Source of the DNA: Neoconidiobolus thromboides FSU 785
Lineage: Eukaryota; Fungi; Entomophthoromycota
NCBI GenBank assembly: GCA_025603075.1
Contig: MU626346.1
Span: 1-64,000 of the forward strand
Reading direction: 5' to 3'
Length of the DNA: 64,000 bases
The position numbers and the translations under genes are program-made. The notes beneath the pieces are model-generated. The model had not been told where the DNA came from. It searched no databases and saw only the letters and a list, made by a program, of their open reading frames with translations. Positions within the stretch are counted from its first letter, which is position 1, and every line of letters begins with the position of its first letter. Below, in pieces: positions 63,512 to 64,000 of this stretch.

Positions 63512-64000
63512 ATGAAATACCAAACTCTGATTCAACAAAACAAGTGTCTTCAAACAATTCAACAACTACTAATTATCGAAAAAGAATTTCAACAAATAAT
63601 AAACCAACGTAATATTTTATTAGATGATTTAAATCATTATTATCGGCAAAAGGTACAACTTTTACAAGGAAAAAGTAAGACTTGATATACTAACTCTAAA
63701 AAATGTTACTAATTTTATTTCATTTTAATTCCATATATAGATGATGAAAGTTTACTTGATATAAACGATAAGACTATTGGAATAATAGCAATGAAGAGCG
63801 AATTAACATTAAAGAACATACTATCACAATTAAAAAAACAACAATTATTAATAAAATCTTTAATCGATATAAACAAAACTTGTGCTAATAATAAGTTAAT
63901 CAAAAATAGTGCTTCTTCTGAAGTAACCTGTGTAATCACTAATATTACACTAATTGAATCTATCCTCCCGAAACAGGAACAAGTACTTGGCTGGATCAAT
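63512..64000 (+). CDS. Unknown protein, truncated by the window end
   Basis: ATG at 63512. Intron 63675-63740 (gtaag..ctaat..tatag) joins to a frame open to 64000 (NDESLLDINDK...VLGWIN). Confidence 0.55.

Noticed and set aside
63715-63999. Minus-strand 94-aa membrane-like ORF
   Set aside because: The plus strand has a properly spliced open frame over the same bases, so this is likely an antisense shadow.

Overview
Very AT-rich eukaryotic genomic DNA with many short (about 43-66 nt) GT-AG introns. The gene content and style suggest an early-diverging fungus, probably Zoopagomycota/Entomophthoromycotina-like; this is inference only. I read about 22 protein-coding genes after splicing by eye: a CBM19-like secreted protein, GET2-like, flavin reductase, eIF3i, ABCG, F-box/WD40/UIM, UPF3, a 7TM receptor, MFS, NoxR, a giant chromatin-reader-fused DNA methyltransferase, TRM9-like, SET1, ABCC, HUS1, DIM1, WDR53-like, AP-2 sigma, two EndoG/Nuc1 copies, L2HGDH-like, NDOR1/Tah18 and a truncated unknown gene. 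The best candidate for an unusual system is the roughly 1,680-aa protein at 33471-38999. It combines AT-hooks, a chromo/Tudor-like barrel, ZZ, extended PHD and GATA-type fingers with an HPPY amino-methyltransferase and a second, degenerate MTase copy. Its second ZZ finger is split by about 335 acidic residues, and the gene lies next to TRM9-like and SET1 genes. A gene-poor island (16.8-31.2 kb) holds most copies of a ~107-bp MITE family (GGGG...CCCC termini, internal intron-like cassette) and a solo LTR inserted, inverted, into its own sibling with a 4-bp TSD. An N gap (59321-59705) lies inside a tandem EndoG duplication. Exon boundaries were read manually and no database searches were run.
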